DNA of 64,000 nt, from contig OZ024742.1 in NCBI GenBank assembly GCA_964016885.1, forward strand, positions 198,524,001 through 198,588,000, given 5' to 3'. The number at the start of each line of letters is the position of its first letter. The stretch's first letter is position 1. The notes beneath the pieces are model-generated. The model was not told where the DNA came from. It worked only from the letters and a program-made list of their open reading frames with translations, and did no database searches. The translations under genes were made by a program, and so were the position numbers. This DNA is from Eledone cirrhosa (Eukaryota). Positions 10,141 through 24,227 of the stretch are shown one piece after another.

Positions 10141-13100
10141 TATATATACATAGTTCAAGAATAAACATAACAAATACAGAGATGCAAAAATACAAAATCT
10201 TATTAGTTTCATGCTTGGGAAAGAATAAATGAAGATTTCAACATATCAGACATAAGTCCTTCTTAAAAAAATAAAGTTTGGAGAGAAAAAGCTAGAACAA
10301 TGGAGTTTGGAAGGTTGGATAAAGAATAAAAGGTTTTAAGAGGGCTGGGGAGGGTAGGCAAGAAGTCTGATGGGTGGGGTGGGGGCAAGGTGCAGTGTTA
10401 AGGTGTGTTGTGGGTGCTGTTAATTGTATGCAGATGGAGTCCATTTTGTGTGTGTGCATTACTGCTTCTGTGTCTATGTGTGGTTTGTGTATTGTTGATA
10501 GAAGTTGCATGTATGTGTATCTACATGTGTCTGGATTTTTATGTGTCCATGTGCTTGTGAGTGTATGTGAGTGTATGAAATGTTTGTGAATTCTTTTTAT
10601 ACATTTTTTAATTTATTTTTTTGCTTACCGAGTGGGGTGGAACTTATCAAATCAGACAAAGAAAACAATGTTTCCATTGGTCTTTCCATTGTTAATACTA
10701 TCTACCAGTTGCAATTCCTTGTAGAAGGAGCATCCTGAAATAAAGTGCCACACTCATGGACATAATCTATCACCCAGTCCAGGAATTGAACTCGCAACCT
10801 CACAATTGCGAATCCAATTCCCTAACCTCTGAGCCACGCACCTTCACAATTTATATATGTACTACGATAATTTATATACGTACCACTTTGAACAATTTAC
10901 TCAAGGACTCTGGCATACTAGTTTTCTGGAATAATACAAATATGAATATAAACAACAATTTCTTTATTGGACACTAAGGATTAAAACATAAAGGACAATA
11001 CAAATAAACAAGGACAGTAGGGGTTTACATGAAACAGGAAAATAGAAAAAAAAAACAACAGGTAACAAAATAACAGACAGTTGGATCTGTCCTATATACA
11101 ACAATAACTGTTTGACAAAACTCCTTGAGTCACCAATGCACAGACACTGGATGAGTGCATGTAAATTCTATCATCATTCTGTGTGCATCTCAGACAGGCC
11201 TATCTGACAGCACTTCTATGTCTGTAGAGTTTGTTTCGAACTGGCAGTGTCCCATGGTAACACTGTCAGGCCAGCGATTTTGGAAAAATTTCAATAGACA
11301 TTGAGCTGAAAGTCCTTCAGAACAGACTGGCTAGTTCATTCTGGGTGACTACTAGAGTTTCCCTAAGAATGTAATCACTCTTGCCCACCACTATTCCTCT
11401 ATAGAATGCTAATGTGGAATTTCCACTAACTGCATTGGCCAACAGATAGAGGGCTGTGAGTATCTGACAACATTCCAGATGCCAGACAACCAGTCTCAGT
11501 CATCACTTGGCCCAAGACTGCAGCTCAGTCAAAGAAACAGTTGCAGAAAGACATACCTAATAAAGGGTACTGTCTAGGGATGTTTGTAAAAGCCATAGCT
11601 TCAGCCACTTTGGGCCATCAAACAATTTTTGTTTCCTCATGCCTCAGAGCACATGTTTTAGCACTGACAATGCAACTTTTCTGTTTCACATTGAAGAAAT
11701 GGTCCAGTGCCATTCTTGCAGCTAAACCATTAGTTACAATGCCACTCTTAATCGCCTCTTCTAGTTTAATTACTAACTCACTCTCTATTTTGTTTTTTCC
11801 TATTTCTATTGGTTTTTTTTTTACATAAGAACATTTTATTAAATTATATTTCAAATGCTATCTTAATGAATTTATTACTTTAGTAAATCCCACCAAATTT
11901 TTCATTAACTAATTAAAATACAGTGTATTTCATTAGAAATACGGCAATGAAAGAATCAACATGAAGAACAACATTAACAAATAAGTGTTGAGATGGTGGT
12001 GTCAGTGTCAGTGGTGGTGGTGGTGTCAGTGGTCGTGTCGGTGTCAGTGGTGGTGGTGGTGTTAAAAATCAGGAACTAACAAAGCTATGGAAACTAGTGA
12101 TAGCAGGATAATAATATTTGCTGTATGTGTGTGTGTGTGTGTTCTGTATATACCACTCACTGTTCAAGGGTCCCAGCCAACAAGATGGAGAAGACATTGC
12201 CCTGGAGGATGGTGAGGAAAAACAGCAACTCCTCCTCACAGGGCTGCACTTGTGGTCAGCCAACTCCACCCTGATAGCAGTGTGTAGGGATGTGGTCTAA
12301 GGGCCAAGAGCACTGGATGTTTCCACTGCCACAGGTTCGAGGCTAACCTATCAAAAGATGGCTGCTAATTCGTACTAAAAGCTATTGATTCTAATCTAAT
12401 CACTCTCTAGAGGGAGCAGCACTACTGATTGTAGACAATTGTCCCTGTCCACTGATGCATAACTAAAATACTAATCCAATCACTGTAGGCTTTATGTGCC
12501 AGGAATACTGTGTTTAGCTTCCAATAACTGGGTCCCTGACTACATGTTTATCTAGGTGGACTGTACAGATAACATTTTTGTGACCTGAATATACAACTGT
12601 TTGACATAGAAGGGATCAATAAAATAAGTAACAGCCTTGAAAAAAATAAGTACTGGGGTTGAAATGATCAACTAAATCAAGGCAGAGTCCCAGCATGACC
12701 ACAATATAATGACTGAAAATAGTAAAAATATGAAATAAATAGCAAAATAAATTCTTTTTTTTTCCTTATTTTCCTTCAATCTGTTATTGGTGATGAAGCA
12801 GGACCTGTTATTCAGCCAGGCAAATTGATGCAAGAAGCATGGGGCACAATAAAATGACAGCAATAACAACAGCAGCAAGGTTTAGGAACTCCAACTGTAG
12901 AATCCAAAAGCATGTGCTCTAAACACACAACCACTATTAAATAAAACACACATATATATATATACATCCACCATCCATACATACATGTATATCCATAAGT
13001 TTTATGTGTATTTATACACATAAAACTTAACTCTTAGTTTAAATACTACACAGGAAGTGGATTAACAGAATTGTTAGAGCTTTGGATGAGAAGCCTTGCA

Positions 13101-13171
13101 GTATTTGGTCTAGCTCTTAGCACTCTTAATTCAAATCCTGCTGTGGTCTTACTCAGGTTTAACATCACCAC

Positions 13172-13330
13172 CTGACCCTTGGGTGATTTAGCAGAGTCTA
13201 CTCTGCTGCAAATATCATTGAAACATTCAGTCCAGGTCTCCAGTTCGAAGATACATTTCTTCCTCCTCCTATCACAAAAGTCTTGGAACACCCTGAAAGA
13301 GGGCCATGGGCACAACCCTTCCCTCTTTGA
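13172..13330 (-). CDS. Candidate alternative cassette exon of the channel (SKREGLCPWPSFRVFQDFCDRRRKKCIFELETWTECFNDICSRVDSAKSPKGQ)
   Basis: ctgtttAG acceptor, 159 nt open in phase 0-0, CAG/GTggtg donor. No homology support. Confidence 0.3.
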
Positions 13331-14629
13331 CTAAACAGTATAAACACACACACACATACGAACATGTACACGACCACCACTGATACCAGCATCATATACC
13401 CTACACACAATAAAAGGAGCTGTGATTGAATACATATGCATATGCGTATTCAGAAGGCTAAATTTATGAAAGCCAAATTTTGGAAATATGCTACGTTTGA
13501 GGCTAAGAATTCATGGCAGCATTTAAAAGCCTTTCACTATATTTACCGTAGAATACGTATGGACTTTGAAATAGTATTGTTTTCGAAACTGCAAGTACAA
13601 AGTATTAGAAATTTCCAGTTGAAATATATTTGGTACAGAATTATATTGCCTTACTTATAGTGTCCTATCAGGTTCACAGTATTGGTAACAGTGATCCAGG
13701 GCTTGTGTATGTCTTGTGAGACCATGGATCTACACCTAGAAAAGATCTGAGCAAGGTTTTGTTGTGGAAGACCAATTGTCACCCTTGCAAGTCAGCATTC
13801 CCTCTTCATGTCACCAATGTTGTCCAGGGGAAATGCAACTTGGTATTGGTGACATTGCAGGCAAACTAAGAACAATAAAGGCCCAAAAGAGATACTGCAA
13901 AGCATTGTGTAGGATGTTCTAACAATTCTGCCAACCCATCATTTTGGATTGGTACAATATTTATCGACCCTGAAAGTATGAAAGGCTAAGTTGACCTCAG
14001 TAAGTAGGATTTGAACGCAAAGTTCAAAGAACCATACCAAATACTGTGGATTATTTAATCCAATGATCCAGTGCAGGTTGTCACATTATTAGGCTAGACA
14101 GGTCAGATGACCATGTCTTGCTCATACAATCCAATTTTGACTTGGCTTTCTATGAGATGCTCTTCATAACACCAGCCACCTTACAGCATGCACTGGGAGC
14201 TTTTTCTGTAGCACCAGCACTACTACTTTACAGGGTGGACTGTGCTTTTTGTTGTGGCACCAACATGGCCACCTTACAGGATGGACTGTGTGTTTTTTGT
14301 CACCTTATAGGGTGAACTGGGTGCGTTTTCTTGTGACACCAATCTGACCACCCTATAGGGTTGACTAGGTGCTTTTTGTGACACTAGTATGACTAGAAAT
14401 GAATAGTGTGTTAACAATTTGAGCAAATTCATCAGATTGAGTGAATTGCCTGGACCAACTCCACTCTCCTTCTCCAGAAGTCCCTGTCCTCCATCACAAG
14501 GGCTAAAGTGGAAGACATTTACCACCCAATAGAACAACTGAACCTAAAATAATGTGCACAACTTTTTAACCATGCAGCAAAAAAACAAAAGAAAAAAACT
14601 ATATATATATAATAATAATATAATAATAA

Positions 14630-14950
14630 TGATTTCTAGTATAGGCACAAGGCCAGTAATTTTGGGGGAGGGGAAAGTCGATTAAATCGAACCCAGTACG
14701 TCACTGGTGCTTTATTTTATTGACCCCACAAGGATGATTTCTAGTACAGGCACAAGGCCAGTAATTTGGGGTGAGGAGAAAGTCGATTAAATCGACCCCA
14801 GTACATTACTGGTGCTTTATTTTATTGACCCCGTAAGGATGAAAGGCAAAGTTAACCTCGCTGGGATTTGAACTCAGAACGTAAAGGGACGTAACTATGC
14901 TGGAAAGCATTGTGTCCAGCCCTCTACCAATACTGCCAATTCACCGTCCT
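14630..14950 (-). mobile_element. S1 SINE with a tandemly duplicated 3' part
   Basis: gatttctagta.aggcacaaggccag block occurs twice, followed by the tRNA-like head. Confidence 0.75.
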
Positions 14951-15014
14951 TAATAATAATAATAATAATAAAAACAAACAAACTTGGCAATGAAATTCCC
15001 AAGTATTTACTAAC

Positions 15015-15097
15015 CTTGAAAACAAATGGTACATCTTCGACAATACTATCCTTTCTCTGTTTCGCAGCAAGATCTCGGTAATAGAGATCACCATCCA
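15015..15097 (-). CDS. CLCN2: ClC-2-like linker exon ((M)DGDLYYRDLAAKQRKDSIVEDVPFVFK)
   Basis: tctctcttcAG / AAG-GTtagt. Starts phase 1 (TG), completing ATG with the trailing A of exon 16484-16610; ends phase 0. Confidence 0.8.
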
Positions 15098-16136
15098 CTG
15101 AAGAGAGACAAAGTAAATTACCAATATTATGGAGAATTCATGAAGAGAGATTTAACCTTTCTGATACCAAAGTGCCTCTAGCTGCCTGTTTCTACAATAC
15201 AAAGGTGACTTGACCCTTTTGTTACCAACACACTCAAAGTTAGATCTAGTTTTATGAAACCAAATTACCCATTTTAAAGGGTTCCTGTTTATATTTAGAT
15301 CATTCAATATAATTTTATATAAAAACCATATGTTAAGTAACTATCTTAGTAATGAATTAATTCATCACTTTAGTAAATCCCTTAAAATTCTTTATTCATA
15401 ATTTAAATAGAGTGTATTTTATTAGAAATATCGTGAGGAAAGGGTTAAGGAGCAAAAAATTTCCTGAAGATAAATTCCAGAAAAGGAGCCCTTTATTGCC
15501 ATCATCATCATCATCAGATTACAGAACCAGATAGCCACAAAGTTAACTTTGGCAGGATTTGAACTCTGCTCTGAGTCCAGCAAGCTGGAACAAATACCAT
15601 GGGATACTCTATTCAACACTTTAACAACTTTAGCAATATCTCATCATCATCATCGTTTAACGTCTATCTTCCACGCTAGCATGGGTTAGACGGGAATTGT
15701 CCCACTTGAGGCAAGATTGGTTGGGTGACCGTGACTCGCTCGCATAGGACTATCTGGCAGGTTTTCTATGGCTGGATACCCTTCCTAACACCAACCACAT
15801 TTACAGTGTGGACTGGGAGCTTTTTACTGTGTTACCTACACAACCACATTACAGCGTGGACTGTGTGTTTTTTTGTTGTGACACCTACACAACCTCATTG
15901 GTTTGGGCTGGATGTTGTGGTACCAACATAACTTTACAGAGAAAGGGTGGTGTTGGTGGAAGTGGGAAGATGGAGTAGGGGTAGTGGGTTGGGGTGTATA
16001 TTTGGTTAAGAGGTGCCTACTGACTGTAGGTTTCGCTTTGTACATAGGCAAGTTGGGTCTTCTGTATTACTGCGTGGTGTCAGGAAAAGGAAAACAGTGC
16101 TCAATCAGGACAAGAGCAAAAATATATTATTCAAGC

Positions 16137-16315
16137 GCTACCGAAGGTTTCAAGGCCCAATGTTGACCATATCTCCAGAAAACAAGGTGTCAAAATAGTG
16201 ACTTTTCTACAGGCACTAAATATGAGTTTTAACACCTGAAAAAAAGATCATTATTTTGATGCCTCTTATTTTCTGGATGTATGGTCAACATTGGACCTTG
16301 AAACCTTGGGTAGCA
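16137..16315. repeat. Short fold-back element (~78-bp arms), possibly a degenerate hammerhead-bearing unit
   Basis: gctaccgaaggtttcaaggcccaatgttgaccata / tatggtcaacattggaccttgaaaccttgggtagc. Confidence 0.65.
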
Positions 16316-16483
16316 CCTTTGTTCCGTGTATGAACATAAATATATATAATATAATATATATGTGAGCAAGAGATGGTCACCTGATCTAGCATTTCCCACA
16401 AGACAGCTCGTCTAACCCATGCTCGCATGGAAGAATGGACGTAAAATGATGATGATGATATACCAGGATTTGGGTGTACTTAC

Positions 16484-16610
16484 TTCTAAGATCGCCTGTA
16501 CTGGCTCTTCGACTGAGGAACGGTGATTCTGAACTGGTTTTCTTTAGGATTGACCTTAATGGAAGCTGAAGTGTGTCATAATGGTAGTCTGTGTCATCTT
16601 TCAGATTTAG
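16484..16610 (-). CDS. CLCN2: ClC-2-like linker exon (LNLKDDTDYHYDTLQLPLRSILKKTSSESPFLSRRASTGDLR)
   Basis: 127 nt open frame, tttccAG / GTaagt, phase 0-1 matching the next exon. SILKK motif as in invertebrate ClC-2 linkers. Confidence 0.82.
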
Positions 16611-16914
16611 CTGGAAACAGAAGTTCAGTTTAGTGGAACATCACAAGAGAATCTCTAATCAACTGGAAATAATAATGATAATAATAATAAAAATAATATC
16701 AAAAGATATTGAGTGGAATGTAAAGAAAATGGGACTAGAGTATCCAGTAGAGCTATTGCAAAACGTTTGCCTCCTTGGTATGACCAGAATTATCAGGAAA
16801 GTACTAGGTAGTTGAAGAGAACAAATAACATGGTACCGTAGACTGCAGGTAGCAGGCTGCTATTCATGCAAGGATCCAGAAGTTCCAACAAAACCCGAGA
16901 TAAAAGAATAAATA

Positions 16915-17760
16915 ATAATTGTTTCTACTTTTGGCACAAGGCCAGCAATTACCCAGAACATTACTGGTACTTTATTTTATCGACCCCACAAGGATGAAAG
17001 GCAAAGTTAACCTCAGCGGGATTTAATAATTGTTTCTACTTTAGGCACAAGGCCAGCAATTACCCAGTACATTACTGGTACTTCATTTTATCGACCCCGT
17101 AAAGATGAAAGGCAAAGTTAACCTCGGCAGGATTTGAACTCAGACTGTAAAGGGACGTAACTATGCTAGAAAGCATGTCCCTTGGGATTTCACCTCAGCG
17201 GGACTTAATAATGATTTCTGATTTAGGCACAAGGTCAACAATTTTTTGGGGTAGGAGAAAGTCAATTAAATCAACCCCAGTGCATTACTGGTACTTTATC
17301 TTATTGACCCCCGTAAGGATGAAAAGCAAAGTTAACCTTTGTGGGATTTGAACTCAGAACATAAAGAGCCGTAACTCTATGCTGCAAAGCATGTTGTCTG
17401 ATGCTCTACTGATACTGCCAATCCCCTGCCCTTAAGAATAACTAATAATAATTGTTTCTACTTTATGCACAAGGCCAGCAATTACCCAGTGCATTACTGG
17501 TACTTTGTTTTATCTACCCCGTAAGGATGAAAGGCAAAGCTAACCTTGGCGGGATTTGAACTCAGACCGTAAAGGGACGTAACTATGCTGGAAAGCATGG
17601 CGTCCGACCCTCTACTGATATTGCCAATCCCCCAATAATAATAATTTAGGCACAAGGTCAGTAATTTCAAGGGAGAGGAAGTTGGTTAAATTGACCCCAG
17701 TACTGGACTTGTACTTTATTTTAGCAATGCCAAACTCAGAATATAAAGAGTTATAATTAA
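16915..17760 (-). mobile_element. Head-to-tail cluster of 5-6 S1 SINE copies separated by (AAT)n
   Basis: Repeated gtttctactt..ggcacaaggccagc...gatttgaactcaga units. Confidence 0.85.
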
Positions 17761-18947
17761 ATACTGCCAATCCCCCAACCCTCTACCGATACTGCCAATC
17801 CCCCAACCCTCTACCAATACTGCCAATCCCCCAACCCTCTACCGATACTGCCAATCCCCCAACCCTCTACCGATACTGCCAATCCCCCAACCCTCTACCA
17901 ATACTGCCAATCCCCCAACCCTCTACCGATACTGCCAATCCCCCAACCCTCTACCAATACTGCCAATCCCCCAACCCTGTACCAATACTGCCAATCCCCC
18001 AACCCTCTACCGATACTGCCAACCCCCCAACCCTCTACCAATACTGCCAATCCCCCAACCCTCTACCAATACTGCCAATCCCCCAACCCTCTACCGATAC
18101 TGCCAATCCCCCAACCCTCTACCGATACTGCCAATCCCCCAACCCTCTACCGATACAGCCAATCCCCCAACCCTCTACCAATACTGCCAATCCCCCAACC
18201 CTCTACCGATACTGCCAATCCCCCAACCCTCTACCGATACTGCCAATCCCCCAACCCTCTACCAATACTGCCAATCCCCCAACCCTCTACCAATACTGCC
18301 AATCCCCCAACCCTCTACCGATACTGCCAATCCCCCAACCCTCTACCGATACTGCCAATCCCCCAACCCTCTACCGATACTGCCAATCCCCCAACCCTCT
18401 ACCAATACTGCCAATCCCCCAACCCTCTACCAATACTGCCAATCCCCCAACCCTCTACCGATACTGCCAATCCCCCAACCCTCTACCAATACTGCCAATC
18501 CCCCAACCCTCTACCGATACTGCCAATCCCCCAACCCTCTACCGATACTGCCAATCCCCCAACCCTCTACCGATACTGCCAATCCCCCAACCCTCTACCG
18601 ATACTGCCAATCCCCCAACCCTCTACCGATACTGCCAATCCCCCAACCCTCTACCAATACTGCCAATCCCCCAACCCTCTACCGATACTGCCAATCCCCC
18701 AACCCTCTACCGATACTGCCAATCCCCCAACCCTCTACCAATACTGCCAATCCCCCAACCCTCTACCAATACTGCCAATCCCCCAACCCTCTACCGATAC
18801 TGCCAATCCCCCAACCCTCTACCGATACTGCCAATCCCCCAACCCTCTACCGATACTGCCAATCCCCCAACCCTCTACCGATACTGCCAATCCCCCAACC
18901 CTCTACCGATACTGCCAATCCCCCAACCCTCTACCGATACTGCCAAT
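17761..18947. repeat. 28-bp minisatellite, ~42 copies (atactgccaatcccccaaccctctaccR)
   Basis: Directly visible; the unit matches the 5' head of the adjacent S1 SINE. Confidence 0.95.
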
Positions 18948-21139
18948 CTACCGCCCGTTTACTACTAATAATAATGATAATTCCTTGTAATGCCAGAAGT
19001 GGGGGTGGAATATAATTGTTTCTACTTTAGGCACACGGCCAGCAATTACCCAGTGCATTACTGGTACTTCATTTTATCGACCCCCGTAAAGATGAAAGGC
19101 AAAGTTAACCTCGGCGGGATTTGAACTCAGACCATAAAGGGACGTAACTATGCTGGAAAGTGAGATACTGCCAAATGAGAAGAAAAAAGCAGTGCCTGTG
19201 TGTTGATATTTTATAATAAGTACATAACATCCTTGCATGACATTAGAAGTGACTAAAGGGACTGGTAACCCCATGTATGAAGTCTATCATAGGGCCCACA
19301 AAGATAACCCCTGCTTTAGCTTGCTGTATTTAAAACAGCTTGCTGTGTGTATCCAGTTTATAATAGGTATACTGTATCCATTAGAGCTGATTGCATGTCC
19401 TAAGAAATGACTGAAAGGGTTAATGACATGAAGGGCACCCAGCTGTCAAATATTGCCCCAAGAAAGACTTCATGATTAGTATGAAGCCCTATCATGGGTC
19501 CTGTAAATCTAACCCCTATCTTTAGCAAGGGCAATGGCTTTAAAATGTTTACTGCGTTGACTAGATATATTTATATCATCAGGGAAAAGAAATGAGCTGA
19601 TTGTCAGATCAAGGAAACATGGGTTCCTTTGATTTTTCCCTTAACTGATAGTCACAACTCATAGCAGGAGGAGGTATTGAACTAAGAGAACACAGAGTCA
19701 GATCAGATAGTATAAAGAATCACATCTGACATAATCTGGCCAATTTGCTGACCCTGGATAGGTACTTTATCGATCCTGATATGATGAAAAGCAAAATTGA
19801 CCACTATGGGATTTGAACTCAGAGTACAATGAACTGAAACAAACAAATACTGAGGCAATTAATCTGCCAACGTCATCAAACCTGGAGTTAATTATAGGTA
19901 ATTAATGCTAACATATTCACATAAATAGAACTTCCACTTGGTCACTGAACATGCTAGAAATAACAGCCAAATCACACTCTTAATGTCTTAAAAAAAGGAA
20001 AAAGACATTAAATAATGTAGTTCTAGATACCTACTGTAAAAAAAATGGGTTATGGATCGAGGCCGACCTGTGGCTAAACAACAACCACACGCACACACAC
20101 ACACACAGTGAGAATGGTTTGTTAAAAATATTAATCCTTTCATTACCATATTTCTAATGAAAGACAGTGTCTCCGGCTTTCAAATAATTTTGAAAATAAT
20201 CAATAATTTGGAGGAGTTTCGCAATATAATTAAGCTGGTGTTTGGAACATAGTTTAATACAGATTCTAACATAGAATTAGGATAGAAGGTTTTTAGATAA
20301 AATTAACACTTTAACACTTTCATTAACATATTTCTTATGAAAGACACTATGATTTTCAAACAATATTGAAAATAATAAAAAATTTGGAGGATTTTAGTAA
20401 TATATAGAACTTGCACATTATTAAGAGGGTATTTTAAACATAACTTTATAAAGGTTCTTTCATGGAAGTTTTTTTTAGATAAATACAAACATTTTAAAAT
20501 AAACAGTTTTGTATCATAGAAACAAGGTTGGTTTCAGGTGGATTTGTATCAAAAGGATTAACTTAAACCAAATATTGAAAAACAATTCCTCAAATGATAT
20601 GTAGAAGAGTTTTTACAATGAATATTCCTCTTTGTTCCAGCTACCTACAAAAGGGTTAAAGTAAAGGCTTTATCAATAGAATTATAAACTTTCCTGACTG
20701 TATTTCTAATGAAATACACTCTATTTCAATTAATTAGTGGTTTCTTTATTTCAATAAATTAATGAAGAATTTTGAAGCTAAAATGATTAATTCTTTTCAT
20801 TGCTATGATAGTAACTTAATATATGGTTCTTATATAAAATTATGTTGAAAGATTTTAATTTAAATAGGAACTCTTTAAAATATGAGGTTTGGTTTCATAG
20901 AACCATAACAGGTTTGGGGAGGGTTGGGATTAAAATGGTTAACTTTTTTTATGCTAATCCATCCAAAACTGCTTCCGGTTCTATGAAATAAAATCACAGA
21001 TTCTAAATAATTCATTCATATTTACATTTAAATCTTCCAACATAATTTTACATAAGAACCTTTCGTAAAGTTATGTTATCAAATGAAATAATTAATAATT
21101 TTAGTAAATCCCTCCAAATTCTTTTTCTTTGCCCATTTA

Positions 21140-21630
21140 TTCTTGAGAGGGTCGTGGAAGCTGAATCTTCAAACACGTCTTTCAGAAGCAACCATATCCA
21201 AGACCAGATAAGCTCATAGATGTCATCCATCTATCTTGCTTGAGGTCTACCTCTGGGTCACCAGCCGGTTGTTTTTGCCTGTAAAATCTGTTTAGTAATT
21301 CTTTCCTGAGACAGTCTAACCACATGCCCATAATATCGGAGCTGTGATCTTGCAATTCGGAGTAGTAGCGGCTCTACCTGGAGTGATTCTCTGATCTCTG
21401 AGCTATGCACTCTATTGAGTAATATTACTCCAAAGACCCTTCAGAGGAACCCATTTTGGTCACTTGTATTCGCAATCATATTCTTTAGGTCATTACCCAA
21501 GATTCATGACCATAGGCAAGGGTTGGCATGAATACCAAATTGAAGATAGCGAGTTTGGCTTTCACACCTACCTCCCTTCTGATTACCAAATTCTGAAGCT
21601 GGCACATTAATGCATCAACTCCTGCCTCCA
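21140..21630 (-). mobile_element. Old RTE (Expander/Rex3-like) LINE 3' fragment
   Basis: Degenerate translation KAKLAIFNLVFMPTLAYGHESWVMT..., then GRPQARWMDDIYELIW. Confidence 0.7.
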
Positions 21631-23745
21631 ATTTCTTCATTAATTAATTAATTAGAGTACAGTGCATTTCATTAGAAATATAGAAATGAAGTGGTTAAAG
21701 AAATATTTCTAACAGTAAAGATTATGAAGACAAAATAAATGTTAAAATTTAAAAAAAATATAATAGTTAAATTATATCATATTATATGATACAATTATAT
21801 ATATATGAAATTAATTATATAAATGATATAATTATATATATGAAAATATATTAATATTTTTATCTGAATTAGCTGAAACAAAAAAAAATTATGGATTAAT
21901 ATTTTTCCTTAGAATATTTTTAATGTGTTATTTTTGTAAAATATCACTTTTTGTTTTTCTTAGTTTAATACAGTCAAATATTACAATAAAAATAATAAAT
22001 TCTTCTTATTATTATCACAATTATATGATATTAGAATAATTTAAATTGTTAACTCATTTGTAGTATATTAAAGAATAAATATTAAAAAACATAAGTAAAT
22101 GAGTAAGTAAATAAAGGTATATATAAACAAGGGTGGGTGGGAGGATTACTAGTAGGAATGTAAATCTATGTTGGGTGCCATTTTAGAAGGTCTCAGGTAG
22201 GGATTGAATAAAGAAGGAATACTCTCGAGTCTCGAATAATCGCCCCCTCCCATGCTTATTCAATTTTGCTAATCTATCTCTGATGAAATTATATTTTAAG
22301 TGGTAGCATTCCTGCAACAATTAATTTTCTTTAGACATTAAAAACATTATACATGATAAAAAACAAACAAACAAAAAAATACATTACTAGAAATCCCATA
22401 CATTTTAAAATAAATACGAAGGGTTTAGGGTCTCAATATGTAAACTAAACGATTAATTCTGGTTTTTAAAAGTAATCAAGGGGGACAACCTAGAAACATT
22501 ATCGACTTTCAGCCCCCTCCCCTCTTATTTGGGGCCCGAGAGCATATGTTAGGGAGATTTTGAATATAACAAAGGATAGAGTGTAAGTATAAGATGGAAT
22601 AGTAAGTCAAATGAGGAGGGCAAGCCCAGATAATGCAAAAAAGTAAAAAAAATAAAATAAATAAAGGAGTAGGAAAGAAGAAAAAATAGGTCTATATGAA
22701 CACAAGTGGAGAAAGTAGATCAGTGATTCTAAACATAAGGGTGACACTCCACAGTGAGAACAGTTTAAAGATAGAGGTTGGTGGGCTGAGTTTTTCTTGT
22801 GGGGTGAGGTGGGGTCACTGTGTGTACATTTTTAGATTTTACCTTAAATTTTTTAAACACCAAATATATTTTTATATAAGAGTATGTGTGTATGGACTAA
22901 TGGAGTCAAAGGTGTGCCATAGTGATATATGGCAAAGTACACATCTCTCTCCAGCTCCGAACACAGCAGATTTGAGAGAGAGAGAGAGGAAGAATCAACA
23001 CCAGTAATGGACAGGTACTTTATTTATCAACCTTGAAAGGATGAAAAGCAAAGTTAACCACGGCAGGATTTGAATTTAGAGAGAGGGAGAGAGAGAGAGA
23101 TGATATGAATACTACAACACATTCTATCTGATGTTTTAATATTTCTGTCAATTTGATGCCTTTTTTTTTATATAGGTGGAGGTGCAGAGGTGGGGGTGAG
23201 GGGCCATGGAGCAAGAAAAAAGGTTAAGAACCACTGTCATATTTTATGGGCTGTTTCTTTTTCACACTGACTTTATACAGTGGTAACAAAGAGGATTTCT
23301 TGAGAGCAAAACAATATTTCAGAATATATAACAAACTTAAGTGTAACATCTAAAATAGAAACACTAATATTTATTATATACCACAGTATTATATTATGTT
23401 GGCCTGTAAATATATTTATCACATATATTTGTGTATAAGTTGTATCATTTTTCATGAAAATATGACACAAAAACCCAGCATGTGGTTTATCTACTGAACC
23501 TAAAAGACCTCAATTAAAATATATATGGTACATTGTAAATGTTCTATATACAATGGAAATGGTGTGACTTATCTAGCAGTGTGGCTCATACACAGTTATT
23601 TACATATATGCAGTTGTGATTAGTTTCACAGTTGCAAACACTGATCAACAAATACTGGTGTAAACAGCATTAAGCACTCAACGGCAGTATACCTTTCCCA
23701 GTATGCTATTGGATCAAACAAGTCTGTGTATGACGGGGTACTGGT

Positions 23746-24080
23746 ATAATAATGAAGTAGGAGGCAATAAGGTTATACTTCACCACATTTATTACATAAT
23801 AACTTTTATGCATATTTCCATGGTATCTTATGTAATTGTAAACCATCCAGATTTGGTTTCATCAGACAGTTCTCACTTGTATAAATTTTAGTGATATATT
23901 TTGATGATATATTGACCAGGTAATTAAGAATCAACACTGAAAATTTATACAGGTGACAGCTGCCTGCTGAAATTATATCTCGACAGTTTACAATATGTAA
24001 CGGATAACATGGAAATATGTATAACAGCTATTATTAAAATAAATAAAAGTACATTATTACCTCCTACTTCATTATATTAT
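23746..24080. repeat. Degenerate fold-back element with eroded CUGANGA-type cores in both arms
   Basis: aatgaagtaggagg / cctcctacttcatt and catatttccatg / catggaaatatg arms; ctgatga-aacca...tggtt on - and ctgctga on +. Confidence 0.55.
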
Positions 24081-24092
24081 ATATACATACAG

Positions 24093-24124
<32 letters not shown>

Positions 24125-24227
24125 TCAAAATTAAATTAAATTAATTTCAGGGTGTCATGTCAGAGAGACATGCACCATATCCACTGTAGAATATGCTCCA
24201 AGATTCCAATGAACAGATCCGAGCATT

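Noticed and set aside
11100-11800. Possible ancient L1/Tx1-like LINE remnant
   Set aside because: Too degraded to recognise diagnostic motifs by eye.
12161-12270. Possible channel exon with a GTGAGT donor
   Set aside because: The only open frame ends in phase 1, incompatible with the phase-0 neighbours.
17761-18947. CRISPR-like array
   Set aside because: Contiguous tandem units with no unique spacers, in a eukaryotic context.
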